From Minutocellus sp. GHC0000111 (taxonomy: Eukaryota), in assembly GCA_977018835.1 (NCBI GenBank), contig OZ361257.1:5518001-5570560 (forward strand): a stretch of DNA of 52,560 nt. Reading direction: 5' to 3'. The notes under the pieces were generated by a model. It was not told where the DNA came from, ran no database searches, and was given only the letters and a program-made list of their open reading frames with translations. Positions within the stretch are counted from its first letter, which is position 1. Each line of letters opens with the position of its first letter. Position numbers and translations under genes: made by a program. Positions 12,188 through 24,200 of the stretch are shown piece by piece.

Positions 12188-12734
12188 GGCGAACTAGCTA
12201 CGTAGCCAGGGATTGATATGCAAGAAGATTTCCCTCTCCGGTCTTTCCGCAAAAGTGAGATTGTAGAATGAGAGGCGACGACTTTAGATCTTGGCGGCAT
12301 CAGATCTTCTGGCAGAAAGACCAGGTGATGGAAAGACATCAGCTTCCGACGGCATAAATATTGGGCCTCATCGGTACGATCGTACGCACGTGGGGCATAA
12401 ACAAGTAGTCGATGTTTGGCAGCAGCTGGTGGCGGGTGCGATATCTTTTGGAGGCATCGTCGCGATCTTTGGCAACAGCTGGTGGAAGATCTTTGTGTTG
12501 GCGGTGCTGCTAATATTCTCACCAAGATCTGCTAACTTTAGACACTCTTATGCGATACCCTCCGATTGACTATTAGGATCCTATTTCTTCTGCAGGGAAA
12601 TGAGCAAAAGATGTTCTTCACTATTATATATAATTTACATGACAAAAGAGGTCTTTTCTGATACTCTTCTCGATCTCTGACCAAAGTTGCCTTATGTGTT
12701 CTCCCCAAATCGTTCATTGCATTAAACATATTTC

Positions 12735-14065
12735 CTATTGGACGGCGGCTCCGGCATTGGCCTCGGCAGCTGCCTTGTTCGCGGCAATTGCCTCGTCTCT
12801 TGCTACTCTTTCCAACTTGGCCCATCCGATATAACTCTCCAGAATCGGACGAAGCTGTTGGTCATCAGGATGACTTGCCACCAGGGCCTCCATGGATTCG
12901 ATCATGTAGTCATACTGCTTCAACGTATAAGGACGGAACGACGATCCAGAGCGCTTCGACTCGAGATCTCGGGCGCCTGTCTTGGGTGGGCCCTGTCCCT
13001 TGTACTTGATGACCTTCTCCCAGATGCACTTGACGAGTCGAGGTCCAGTGATGGCACTGACCCCCTCGGTTGCATCCAAGAAATTAGCGACGGCAAGGGC
13101 ATTGGCGGCTCCGTCCTTGTCGCTGACCAATCCCTCGTAGGTGACGACGAGGCGCTCGAGGACGGCACCGTCGGGCGAGCGGCCTCCCTCGGGGGAGCCG
13201 TAGTTGTCGGCCCAGTACGCGGCGTGCTGGATCCATCGGTCCATCTCCTCTTGAAAGTGCTGGTCGCGCCATGCATTCCACACGCTGACAGGAGCGCGGG
13301 TGGAGTGACCTGCCAGTCCTTCTTCCACTTCGTACAAAAAGTTATGATATCCTGGGATGGCATGCATCGGGTGGCGCAGAATAATCACTGTAGGATTGCA
13401 AAAAGAAGAGGGCATGGATGTAAAGCACCACGTATTTGTAAGCAAAAATTGTGTCGAAAAAGTAGCCGTCATTCCAACAACAAAAAGACCTTTCATGCAT
13501 ACATGTAGAATACACACTACTCACTGACTCGAGGGAATGTCTGCTTGAGGACACCATATTGTGCCATATTCGCAAGTTCCTGGTTGCCCTCGGCGTGCGG
13601 GAAGTGAGTTTTTACCGTGACGGCCTGGTTCCACTGAACTCCATTGAGCAACCAGTCATCTCCGGTCTGGACACCGGTAAGACCGCTGATGAGATTCCAC
13701 GACATTTTGGCGCCCGATCCAGGATAAGACGCTGCAAAGACGGGGGCAATGTTTTGCGTCGGAGGAAGGCCCTGAAGGACGCGGCAATCGCCGGGGGGCT
13801 GGGACCTGTCCTGCTTGCTGGACTTGACCTCCAGCGGAATGCCAGCGGCGGGTGCGATCTGTGTCATTTCCGGCCGACCGTCATCGATCACTTGGAGCTT
13901 TCGTCGGATCGTATTGTCGGGACGGAACGATGCAGAGATGAGAATATACGCGATGGTCAGTGCACTGACGATCGATGCGGCCGTATTGGTCGAGGGATAC
14001 GGCCGCCTCCGGCTAGGGGCGGGGACAGCATTCGATTCGATCATGGTCTCGGTATGGTCTCGCAA
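12735..14065 (-). CDS. Type II membrane sulfotransferase (WSCD-like/Sulfotransfer family), paralog A
   Basis: Exons 14065-13525 and 13387-12735, phase-1 intron 13388..13524. N-terminal TM anchor, 5'-PAPS-binding ASYPGSGAK, VKTHFP, IILRHP, VVTYEGLV. Confidence 0.8.
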
Positions 14066-14376
14066 AATAATGATTGTCGGTCATGCCGGTCATCGCATCG
14101 GCGTGAGAAAAACCCACAAGTTCAAGTACCTCAAGAGAAAATTCGGTGATTATGATCCACTCGACTGACTCGACTCGCTCAAACGACGGTCACTGAAAAA
14201 CATCTGGGCTCGACGATGCCGACGATGCCTTGATGACGGTGCCGATGCCTTGAATGACGAGCCGCTTCCTCTCCTTGGGAGAGATACACTCCACATGGCT
14301 GAATAATATAGACAGCCCAGGCCATGTTTGTCCACAGAGAAGCACCGTAGGACCTCCCCACCCCAACCGTCAAACC

Positions 14377-15968
14377 ATGCTTATCGATAATGAGGAGCAA
14401 AAGCTCGAGTCATTATCGCCTCGCCCTTCGGCTGATGGCGCCTCGGAAATCGAGAGCGTCGACATAATCGACATCAGCAGTCATGCTGACAGCACTACCA
14501 TGACTATCTCATCCTCGCCAACATGCAATTCCTCCAAGCCACGAAAGCGATTTGGAACCATGCTCGTTTTGGGCATGTTTTGTGTTGGATATGTCATGCT
14601 GTCTGATCCATCTGGTGCTCCCAGCGACCTCACCAATGGTCGCACGGCAGCTGGACGAAAGTTTCGCAAGCTTTCACCTGGCACGCCAAATTTTGCACTA
14701 TGGGGCCAAATGCTCGGTGGCGACCAGAAGCTCTTTGCTGACCTTGCCAACAAAGAACCAACGACGAATGACAATAGCAACAAACACGACGGTAATAGCC
14801 GAGATTTATTTGGCATATCCTTCCTCGCATCGCCCGAAAATGGACCCGAATGTCGCGTCCCCCCAGCTCTGCCGCCTCCTCAGCCGATTGCTCCGACATT
14901 TGCCGCGAGTTATCCTGGATCGGGCGCCAAAATGTCGTGGAATCTCATCACCGGCCTTACTGGTGTGCAGACCGGCGATGACTGGTTGCTCAACGGCGTT
15001 CAATGGAATCAGGCCGTGACGGTCAAAACGCATTATCCTCATCCAGAGGGCAACCCAGACATTGGAAAGCTGTTTACCAGTAACAATCTGAAAGGTGCCT
15101 TTCCTCGTGCAGGTGAGCATTTTCTATCAGTGGAAATATAATCTCTACCCTTGTATCTGGCGCACATGCATGCGAAGGGAATTGAAATGGATAAAAAGTT
15201 TGCTCGCTACTTTCGTCAATATCCTTACAATTTCTTTTCCTCTATCGTTGATTCTCATACGCAACAGTCATCATCCTCAGACATCCCTTACATGCCATAC
15301 CTGGCTACCATAACTACCTTTATGAAGCTGAGAAGGGTTTGGCCGGCCATTCCAAGCGTGCTCCTGTCTCGGAATGGATCAAGTGGCGCGATGTTCATTT
15401 TACCACCGAAATGGACAACTGGATTCATCACATCAAGTTTTGGACAGGACTTTACGGCTCAGCCGAGGGTGGAGTCAGTCCAGCAGGAAAGGTTGAACGC
15501 CAGATTGTCACTTATGAGGGTCTAGTAAGCGACACTCACGGCCCTGCCGGTGCCCTTGCCCTCGCCAAGTTCCTCGATAACACCGTCGGTATCGACGTCA
15601 CTACCGACCCTTCGACAGTATCTTGCCTTTGGCAGAAAGTCATCAAGTACAAGGGCCAGTCCACCGCCCCTGGAAGTGGTAGCAGAGACATTCAATCTGA
15701 GCGCAGTGGTAGCAGCTTCCGGCCGTATAGTATGAAGCAGTATGACTACATGATAGCGTCTCTCCGAGAGTTGCTTTCCGGTCATCACGAGGACAATCAG
15801 CTCCGCCCAGTTTTAGAATCATACATTGCCGAATCTGAACTCGCCAAGGCCATGAGGGAAGAAGAACTTGCCAAGATCAAGGCCGAGCAACAGGTGGAAG
15901 ACGCCGAGCCTGGGACCACTCAGCCGGAATTGGCAATAAATCTGCTACAACAGGAGCTGGCCGTGTAG
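14377..15968 (+). CDS. Type II membrane sulfotransferase (WSCD-like), paralog B
   Basis: Exons 14377-15112 and 15268-15968, with the intron at the same position and phase as in paralog A. Shares the identical block ASYPGSGAKMSWNL.SGLTGVQTGDDWLLNGVQWNQAVTVKTH apart from S/T at one position. Confidence 0.8.
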
Positions 15969-16152
15969 GTCTTCGGTTCTAATGAAGACTGATATTAATA
16001 TGATTGCTCCTGTACTGTACAATAAAATCACAACTGCATACATAATACCAAATTTTTATCCGATAGATTTGAGTCTGTCAAGATATGTTGTGCCCATTTA
16101 CTATTAGTATCCTGTGTAGCATTTTAAAGCTTGAGTCATCTGATCTAGACTA

Positions 16153-17259
16153 CTACCCCCAACGACGACCGCCCTTGTTCAATGGTGAATTGTCGACTTT
16201 CTCCTCGTTTTCATCGAAATCACTGCTCTGCCATTGATCCGTAGTTTCTTCCCCGGCATATCCATCACCAAATGAACCCTCTTGAAAAGAATCCTCCTGA
16301 AACGCAGGATCTTCGCTGCTAGCTTCACTGCCATCCCCATGGTCGCGGCCTATGTCAGCCAAAACAACGTCCAAATCTGTTGGAACACCAGGACTGGGAA
16401 TGGTGGGATGGTAGTCCTGAGCACTGCCCCCGGGCTGCAATCCACGCTCGTGTCTCAAACTTTTTTCCAGCACCTGCCGCCTTTGACAATTGATAACAAA
16501 CAATTCAATTGCCGTCAATGCATCCGACTTGCCCCGATGCTTCCTCCATGTATCCTGCGGTATGGGTGCATAGTGCTTCATGAAGTTTGTACATAATTCA
16601 TCGCTGATGAGGGATCGGCCTTCCACCAATGGTATTTCCGCCGCCTCATTCAACAACTTCTCCTTGTCGGTCCACACGGCCGACATGTACAGTGCCATCA
16701 TCCCCGAGACGAATACGTCGAGTCCAAATTTAATGGTGCGGACAATAATGCCTGGTTGACGAGGAGATGACGGCGGCGGTGGAGGTGGCAGTTGTTGTGA
16801 CGATGCACCTTCGCCCAAGGCATTCGTCGGCTGCGACATTTGCTTGGCGTTCTCAAAGGGATTTCGACGATCGAACTGGTATCCGCCAGGGCCACCTCCA
16901 CCCGCATTGTAGTTGTTGTTGGCCGTGCCACTGCCGCCCCCACGTGCCTCGGCACGACGCGCAAGATACCTCGTCAGAAGGCGCGGACCACGGCGAAGAA
17001 AGATGAAGGACCCCACACCCGCAGCGATCCCAGCGACCATGCCGTTGTTGTTCATCTTGGTAAGATGGGCCTTCTCCGCGGAATATTCCGGCTGCTGATA
17101 CAACCTGTCGAGCCGATCGGCGTGCGACTGCTGCGACTGACCGTCCGCGCCGGTTCCGACGAAGGCATCTTGGATGATGGCAGCGAAGGAATTGAAGATG
17201 TTGGCCTCCTCCTTTCTGCGAAAAAGGTTGTTCGTGCTGTCGTTGTTGGAGCTGCTCAT
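16153..17259 (-). CDS. Hypothetical protein with two hydrophobic segments
   Basis: Long intronless ORF with probable ATG at 17259 (MSSSNNDST). Hydrophobic stretches GMVAGIAAGVGSFIFL and FGLDVFVSGMMALYMSAVW, then an EIPLVEGRSLISDELC block and an acidic tail. Confidence 0.7.
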   Translation of the reverse strand: MSSSNNDSTNNLFRRKEEANIFNSFAAIIQDAFVGTGADGQSQQSHADRLDRLYQQPEYSAEKAHLTKMNNNGMVAGIAAGVGSFIFLRRGPRLLTRYLARRAEARGGGSGTANNNYNAGGGGPGGYQFDRRNPFENAKQMSQPTNALGEGASSQQLPPPPPPSSPRQPGIIVRTIKFGLDVFVSGMMALYMSAVWTDKEKLLNEAAEIPLVEGRSLISDELCTNFMKHYAPIPQDTWRKHRGKSDALTAIELFVINCQRRQVLEKSLRHERGLQPGGSAQDYHPTIPSPGVPTDLDVVLADIGRDHGDGSEASSEDPAFQEDSFQEGSFGDGYAGEETTDQWQSSDFDENEEKVDNSPLNKGGRRWG

Positions 17260-17758
17260 GGTGAGGGAAAGCCGGGTTGCGAGAGTATCGTTGGGCAACG
17301 AGAGAGGAGGCCGGCACTGAGGCACGGTCGATTTCTCTCGCTCTGCGTTTTGCGGGGTAGCCGGCTGGGTCGAGAATTACCTAAAATAAAACCCCAAGAA
17401 AAAATTAAACCCCAGAAATGAGCATACAAATGACTCCAAATGACATTTTACGTACGTACTTCAGTACGAGACCGTACGGACGCGGGCAATAGCAACAGAG
17501 GAATCCACCTTGCGTGCACACACATGAATTGCTAAAAAGACAGAGACCGAACGTGAATAACACCCCAACCACGAGGCCCTGCCCACTTTTAGACCCTATT
17601 GCCAGCCAATTAAATATTCGGGCTGTTTTGTGGAGGCTTCTGCCTTTCGGGCTTCGTTGAGCCTCTCGTCTCTGACCGTCTACTAAGTACCTATTTGACT
17701 CCTCATTTTTCCAGCCAAAAGACAACAACTCTTTTCCACCACATAAACATTCTTTGTA

Positions 17759-18982
17759 ATGACCAGAAGGCAAAGCAACCGCCTCGGCAACCAACACCAG
17801 CGCGAAGATGAGACTGAGGGATGCTCATCATCTGCCCTCCTCGGCACAAGCTCGCCATATGTCCTTCATCAAGACGATGCAGAGCGGCAACAGCGCCAGG
17901 CACAGCACGAGGATGACTCTCTAACGGCCTCGGCGACGCCGTCACCATTCGACTACTCGGAATTTTCGCGATACGTCGTGTCGTCGACGCCTGGAAATAT
18001 GACTCCCAACGGACGAGCGCTAAAACAACAGCAACACCGAGGAAGTTTCTCGTCCGCTGCGAGTCTTTTATCGTCTAATTCGCTATCTGGCGGGGCACAG
18101 TTCAAAAAGAGAGAGCTTCTTGCTTGGACATTCGTTGTGGTACAAAGCTGTATCATTGCCTTTCTTTCTCTCCGGTCACATTCTGGTACTAGTGGTGGCA
18201 GTGAACAGCTGCAGCAAGCATCACAGCAAGAGCTCTACAATCAAATGACCCAAATGAATGACAAGCCGGTGGCGTACTACCAGGATCGACGTGCCAGCGT
18301 CACTTCTGGCTCCACCCCCAATGGTGGTGTCAATGCCGAGGATGGCACTCCTAACCCCGCCGGCTTCTACGACGAGCCTATCCTCCATCCCCTGTCTGAA
18401 CCGGCCCTGGCCGAACGCAAGTGGAGATCGGCCGGCAGTCCCTTTATCAATTCTGACCTGAAGCGTGGCACGTGCTGGTGCTCGGCCGACGAGTGGTGCA
18501 TGTGCACGCCGAGTTTGGCCATTGACGTTGTACTCACAAGTGGAGATGACCATGTCTGGTTGGTTCGCCGTGCTGATACCGGAGCCTTAGCACTAATGGG
18601 CGGGATGAATGAGGTCGGCGAGACCGTCGAGGATGCCGTCCATCGGGAGCTGGCGGAGGAGATGTCCATAACCCTTCGACCTTCCAACCGTCCGGTGCTG
18701 TTTGGCGTGTACAATGATCCCATGAGAGACACTCGTCGGCACACTGCATCGGCTGTCTACGTCGTAGAGGTACCGGAGGGTCTGCAACCCACGGCCGGTG
18801 ACGATGCCACCCGTGTCATACGATTTCCTTTGTCGGAGGTGGAGAATCACGATTTTTTTGTAGACCACAAGACAATATTAAGAGATTTCATCAAGGCCAG
18901 GAGGAGAGCAAATACTGGGCGGAATTTTCGAGCCGGACCTTCGATGTCCCCAACCTTGAATGTGTCTAGAGTGGGGACGTAA
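17759..18982 (+). CDS. Membrane-anchored Nudix hydrolase
   Basis: Nudix box GGMNEVGETVEDAVHRELAEEMSI, followed by YNDPMRDTRRHTAS, AGDDA and DHKTIL. A TM segment (LLAWTFVVVQSCIIAFLSL) and a Cys cluster (CWCSADEWCMCTP) lie upstream. Confidence 0.85.
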   Translation: MTRRQSNRLGNQHQREDETEGCSSSALLGTSSPYVLHQDDAERQQRQAQHEDDSLTASATPSPFDYSEFSRYVVSSTPGNMTPNGRALKQQQHRGSFSSAASLLSSNSLSGGAQFKKRELLAWTFVVVQSCIIAFLSLRSHSGTSGGSEQLQQASQQELYNQMTQMNDKPVAYYQDRRASVTSGSTPNGGVNAEDGTPNPAGFYDEPILHPLSEPALAERKWRSAGSPFINSDLKRGTCWCSADEWCMCTPSLAIDVVLTSGDDHVWLVRRADTGALALMGGMNEVGETVEDAVHRELAEEMSITLRPSNRPVLFGVYNDPMRDTRRHTASAVYVVEVPEGLQPTAGDDATRVIRFPLSEVENHDFFVDHKTILRDFIKARRRANTGRNFRAGPSMSPTLNVSRVGT

Positions 18983-19356
18983 GCGAGGCAGGCCGGCTCG
19001 ATCAAGTCTTTTTGCCATATTTCAGGGGGAAAAGTTGGTCCGGCAGGAAATTGCGACTTTTCCCGTACTTCGCCGCGTTGGAAACACGGACGACGGAAAG
19101 ACGAATGTCCAGTTTTTGGGTCGAGCGCCTAAAGCTGGACCAACTCGGCTCTCACGGCATCACTTCTCATCCGCGGCCCTTTTTCGCGTGCTCGAACACA
19201 GGTTGATTGTTTTGATTTATATTTTCTCATGCAACAGCATGCCAATCAAGCTGAAACTTTAGCATGCGTAGGTAGCGCAATGGTGTCGGCCAGCCTCGGG
19301 AATGCCCATGTGTCTCACCTTGCAAATGTGTGGCGGCCAGGAGCGGGGGTCACCAT

Positions 19357-20024
19357 CCATGATGATGAGCTTTGTTCGGGAGAAAAAATGGACGGACGTC
19401 GGTCTTTCCGTCGTCCGACAACGCGAGCGAAGTTAGCAAAATCTCCAATGTCCTGTGAAGTGCCTCACCTAAAATGGGACCAACTCGAGAACCAAAAACT
19501 TTTTGGCTCTGCAAAAAAAGCATTTCAAGCAAAAATCGAAGAACCAACAAAATGTTTGGTAAGCATGGAATCTCTAGTTACGAGGTTGTTAGGCAAAACT
19601 CATGATTGGCCAACTTTTAGAGTGATTTAAAGACACGGGACCAGAGCAAAATTTGGCTTCCGAGCCGGCCACGCCGGGACCAATTTGCCCAAGTGCGTTG
19701 AAGACACACGCCAGCAGCAGCAGTGCCAGCAGCAGCAAACAAAAGCACCAAAGCTTGCGAGGCAATGCGAACGCTTCGTCGGACAGAGGGTGCGCAGAAG
19801 GGGGCAAGAGAGGAGCAACACCACATGAACGAGCCATCCAAAGGTGTGCCGCTCGCCTGCCTGAGAGTGAAGCCGGCTTGTTCCAGCTTTGGGAGTTGGT
19901 CCCATTTTAGGTGAGAGAGGCACTTCAGGACATTGGAGACTTCGCTAACTTTGCTCGCGTTGTCGGACGACGGAAAGACCGTCACTAATCCATTTTTCTC
20001 CCGAAAACGAAGCTCTCATCATGG
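19357..20024. mobile_element. Foldback / MITE-like non-coding element with ~130-bp imperfect inverted arms
   Basis: Arm 19357-19486 is the imperfect reverse complement of arm 19893-20024, e.g. GGTCTTTCCGTCGTCCGACAACGCGAGC vs GCTCGCGTTGTCGGACGACGGAAAGACC, and CTCACCTAAAATGGGACCAACTC vs GAGTTGGTCCCATTTTAGGTGAG. The spacer is ~400 bp, with no transposase and no clear TSD. Confidence 0.6.
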
Positions 20025-21210
20025 CTGCGGCGATGAAACATGGTCTGACAGAAAGAAGCTAAAAAATTAGGCACAGAGGCCGGCATGTGCAAAGCCCGGC
20101 CGGCGGCGCGCTCCCCCTGACAAACTCAACTCCAGCGCCACTTTCCACGTGACGTGGTTGCTCCTTGCGTCATGGTGCTGCTGCTGTGTTTGACAAACAA
20201 ACACACTTGATCACCACTCATTTGTCTTTGTGTGCTTCTGTCCTCTCTCTCCTGTGCCGCGCGTGCGCAGAGTTTTGGTGGTGCAAAACTGCTCACCCTG
20301 CCAACAGACACGCAGTTCCGGGGACATTTTCTGGGGAAATTCACTCCCCCTACACCTCAATTTCACTTGCACCTCCGTGTTATTTTTTTAGCCAATGTCG
20401 CACGCAGTGTTTTTCCCGCGTCTCTGGGGCAAACTTGCCGTTGTGGAACCTGGTGCCCCGACAATTGGCGTGCAACATTTCACTCCCTAGCAATCGCAGA
20501 AGTTTTACGTACCTCTACGTACGTCTCCGGGATCAACACCACGCACCAAGAATTTTCTTCAGACACGACCGTACGTGCGTCGTCAGTGCGCCACATCGCA
20601 TCTTCGCTGGGCCAGATCTGATCTTTGGCACCAGCGGTTTGTCCATCGATCTTGTTGAGGTGTACCGCGGTTCTCCATCGTGATATCGGCACTTGGGTAG
20701 GCTACCTTCGACTTATTCTGCCTCCTGGTGAGTTTACATGACGTGTGATCCGGCGTGGTTGGGCTGGAAAAACAGTTTGACGGTGAAATCTCGTCGTATC
20801 TTCTGACGAAGCTGGACGAAGCCGGCAAGATCCGAGTGGGTGGCGGACGGAGATGAATCCGGATCCGGTCATTTTTGGCCTCGTGAATCCTTGGCACTGG
20901 TGCCCACAGCATTTGCTGCTGGTGATATTATCCATTCACGGCATTTTGGCCCATGATTCGGTCTATTCTCGGTAGTTTTATGTTGTGGCACATCTTGTGC
21001 CGATTTTGTTGCCGCCAGCTCACATTTTCCGCCCAATTCTTGACTTTTTTGGACAGTGCCGAACTTTGCGTTCGTAATTGATCGCAGCTTAACGAACCGC
21101 AGAATACCCACAGTTATTGGCGCAGTATATACATTTATATTCGAACCAGTGCTTGCTAGCTACGCAGCGTTTGCACCTTGAATATATCACTTTCTCGTCG
21201 GGCACAAAGC

Positions 21211-24200
21211 ATGTCGAGCGGAACAAGATCTAGATCTCCGCCTCGGAACGGCCCGACCCCAGCCACTGGAGGCAGTGATGCCGGTGCCGGTGGCAGTAAA
21301 CGCATGCATGGATTCTCGGTAGCGGCAGCGGCTGAAGATGGTGGCGATGATTCGGCAGCGAAGCGGCCCAGGGAGGCGTCTCTGCCCTCGGCCGACGCGA
21401 GTTCCATGCGGGTTGTCCTTCCGTCGGGTCAGAGCCAGAGCGGCGGCGAATCAACCCCGGCTTCGGCTGCGGCGGAGTCCCCGATGGCGCCGACGACGAT
21501 CGTTGGCATCGCCGATTCTTTATCGGACTACAATCGTAGCAAGGCGGGTGCGGCCGAGGAGTACGAATCCGAGGAGGAGGAGGCTACTCCGCCTCCCCCT
21601 CCTCCCCCGCCCGTTCAGGTGCCATCATATCCAAAGAAAGTGAGCAAGGGACCTGTGGGAAAGGTGGTGGAGTCGGGACAGGAACATACCGGCCGCTGGA
21701 CCAAGGAGGAGCACGACGCTTTCCTAATTGGTCTAAAGTTGTACGGCAAGGAGTGGAAAAAGTAAGTATTTTCCTGGCTACTTCTGATTGTTTCTATTGT
21801 GAAGTGTAGATCGGACGGCGAAGCAATGGCAAGCCTCTTCCTTCTCGCGTTTACCCATCAATTGTGGATGGGAGACAAAACTCTATGAACATGGCATTCT
21901 AAATGCTTTCTTGTTCCTCCGTCATGTCCTCCTTGATCCATCCATCCACAGAGTTGCTGCCAAGGTCAAGACTCGGACGGTCGTCCAGACTCGTACCCAC
22001 GCGCAGAAATACTTCCAGAAGTTGCAAAAGGTGATGAAGTCCACGGGCGCCAAGAATGCTCAGGTCGAGATGGGCGTCACGACGACTCCTATCCTCAAGA
22101 CCGCCCCCAAGAAGCAGATTAGTCCCATCAGCCGTCCTCAGCGGAAGATCAAGCCCAAGGAACGGCTCTCTCCGGATGATGGCTACGCCAAGCGATACTC
22201 CCCTCCCTCGCGTCCAAGGGCACCTTCGCAGGGTGCGACTGACGCCGCCGCCCATATCTTGCAAATGTCCGCGACGAAGCCCTATTCATCGTCTCCCCCA
22301 ACTGATATGGGGCCACCTCCTCCATACGGCGCAGCCCCTCCATCATCGTCGTGGGAGTATCAGGCACCGTCATCGGCCATGAAAATCGTGGCTCCGGAGC
22401 ATGACTCTGCAATGAAGCAGGGCAAGTTCCCAGAGCCATCACCAGCGGCATGTGGAAAGCGAAAGCTGGCAGAGATTGCGGCCGCACAGATGCTCGCCGG
22501 GGTCATTAGCACGGCGGAGAAGCGCAAGCGACCTTCGGGTATGTACACTGATGGGATGGCTACTCCCCCGCCAGAAGGTTTGTCATCACTCAAGCCCCCG
22601 GTAGCTGGTGGTGCCGCTTCGCTGCAGATTCTCAACCCAGACGCTTTAGATGAAGGCAACGGCGGCCAAAAGAAGAAGATGCAAGGAATGCCGTCACCGA
22701 TGACGCCGTGGGATGGCCAGCTCCAGGCTTTGGTTGGGTAAGTACGATCGTAGTGGAGTTGCACTCCGAAAGCGGGCCTCTACTCATATCTTTCATTTGT
22801 TTCGTTTCATTTTCTATCGTTTCTATCGCTTTTACTCATTATACCAAATCCTCTTCCTTTCACGTATTTACAGCGATGTAAGGATCAAAGAGGGGGATGA
22901 CGATAACGAACCTGGCCTCCCTGGATTGCCGAACTTACATGCCGACCAAAAGGAAGAGTTGTCGGCCAAGGAACCCGAGCCACTGACGGCGGATCCTCTT
23001 CGCGAGCTGGATTCTCGCTCAGCTCTGCACAAGGCCGTGTGCGCGGGATCCGTCGATGAGGTTTCCAGGGAGCTCGAGGGACTGCAGGCGACCGAAGCGT
23101 TGAAGAAGGTGAATCAGCAAGACGATGCTGGATACTTCCCTCTACACTCAGCCGCGGCCATTTGTCTCCCCGAGGTCGACTCCTTTGGTTTTCACGAAGC
23201 GAGTGAGATCGTTCGAATGCTTCTAACTGCGGGTGCCAATGTAGCCGCCTGCGATGGAGACAGCAATACAGCTCATTGGGCCGCACGTGTTGGCAACGAC
23301 GAATTGACTCAGTCTCTCCTCGTGAACCGCTGCCCTGTCGGTAAGTCGTTATCATCGTTGAGTATTTTGCCGTGTGATACCATTGTACTTTGAGCCTTCC
23401 TTTTTCCAATTGATCGTATACCCATTTAAAATACCTGCTTCCTTTTCCTCATCATGCAGACCTACCAAATCAAAAGGGCGAAACCGCTTTGCATTGGGCA
23501 CTGCGCTCTGGGTCTCAGGGTATGAGCACCGCTCGGTTGCTTCTGCAGAATGGGGCAAAGATCTCAATGGTAAACCGCGCGTTCAAGCGTCCTATTGACG
23601 TTGTCGCGAAAGGATTCGACAGCGACGACGCTGCTGGTGCGGAGACAATTGGTGAGAGACGCCAGGCCCGTGCGAATTTCCTGGAAAGTTCACCCCAGTC
23701 TCGGACGCTTATCCTGCACCATCCCGATTGCCTCGGCCATATTCCCAAGTCCAGTGCCGATTGGGAGGCACCCGACAGAGTTACAGCTATCATGGATCGT
23801 ATCACCACTCAGGGTAGCCAGGCATCTTCTCTCCAGCCATATGAAATCAGTGTGTCTTCGGATTTCGACCGGGCCCCTCTTGAGCTGCTGAGCCGAGTCC
23901 ATAGTGCGGAATACCTGCAATTCGTCAACGATCTTAGCAAGGAGCTTGAGAGTAGGCGCAAGAAGCAAATTATCCGGGATAGCGAGGCAAGGAATGCCAA
24001 CGGAGACGATGCCAACGGAGGAGAAGATGATGGCAAGAAGGACGATCACGAACACCACGTCGTCCCCTTCACTCCAATGGTGAGTCAAAATTCTTGATTT
24101 ATTTCTGTTTGAGATTATTTGCGCTGTGTTCTTTCTTCGTAGCAGCTCACTGACGTTCTGTATTCCTTTTACAATCCGCTAATGCAGATCCAAAAGAAGG

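Noticed and set aside
19012..21111. Short ORFs in the gap between Nudix and MYB-HDAC as transposase remnants
   Set aside because: No DDE, RT or other recognisable motifs. The shared peptides (HLKWDQL, DDGKT) merely reflect the inverted repeat.
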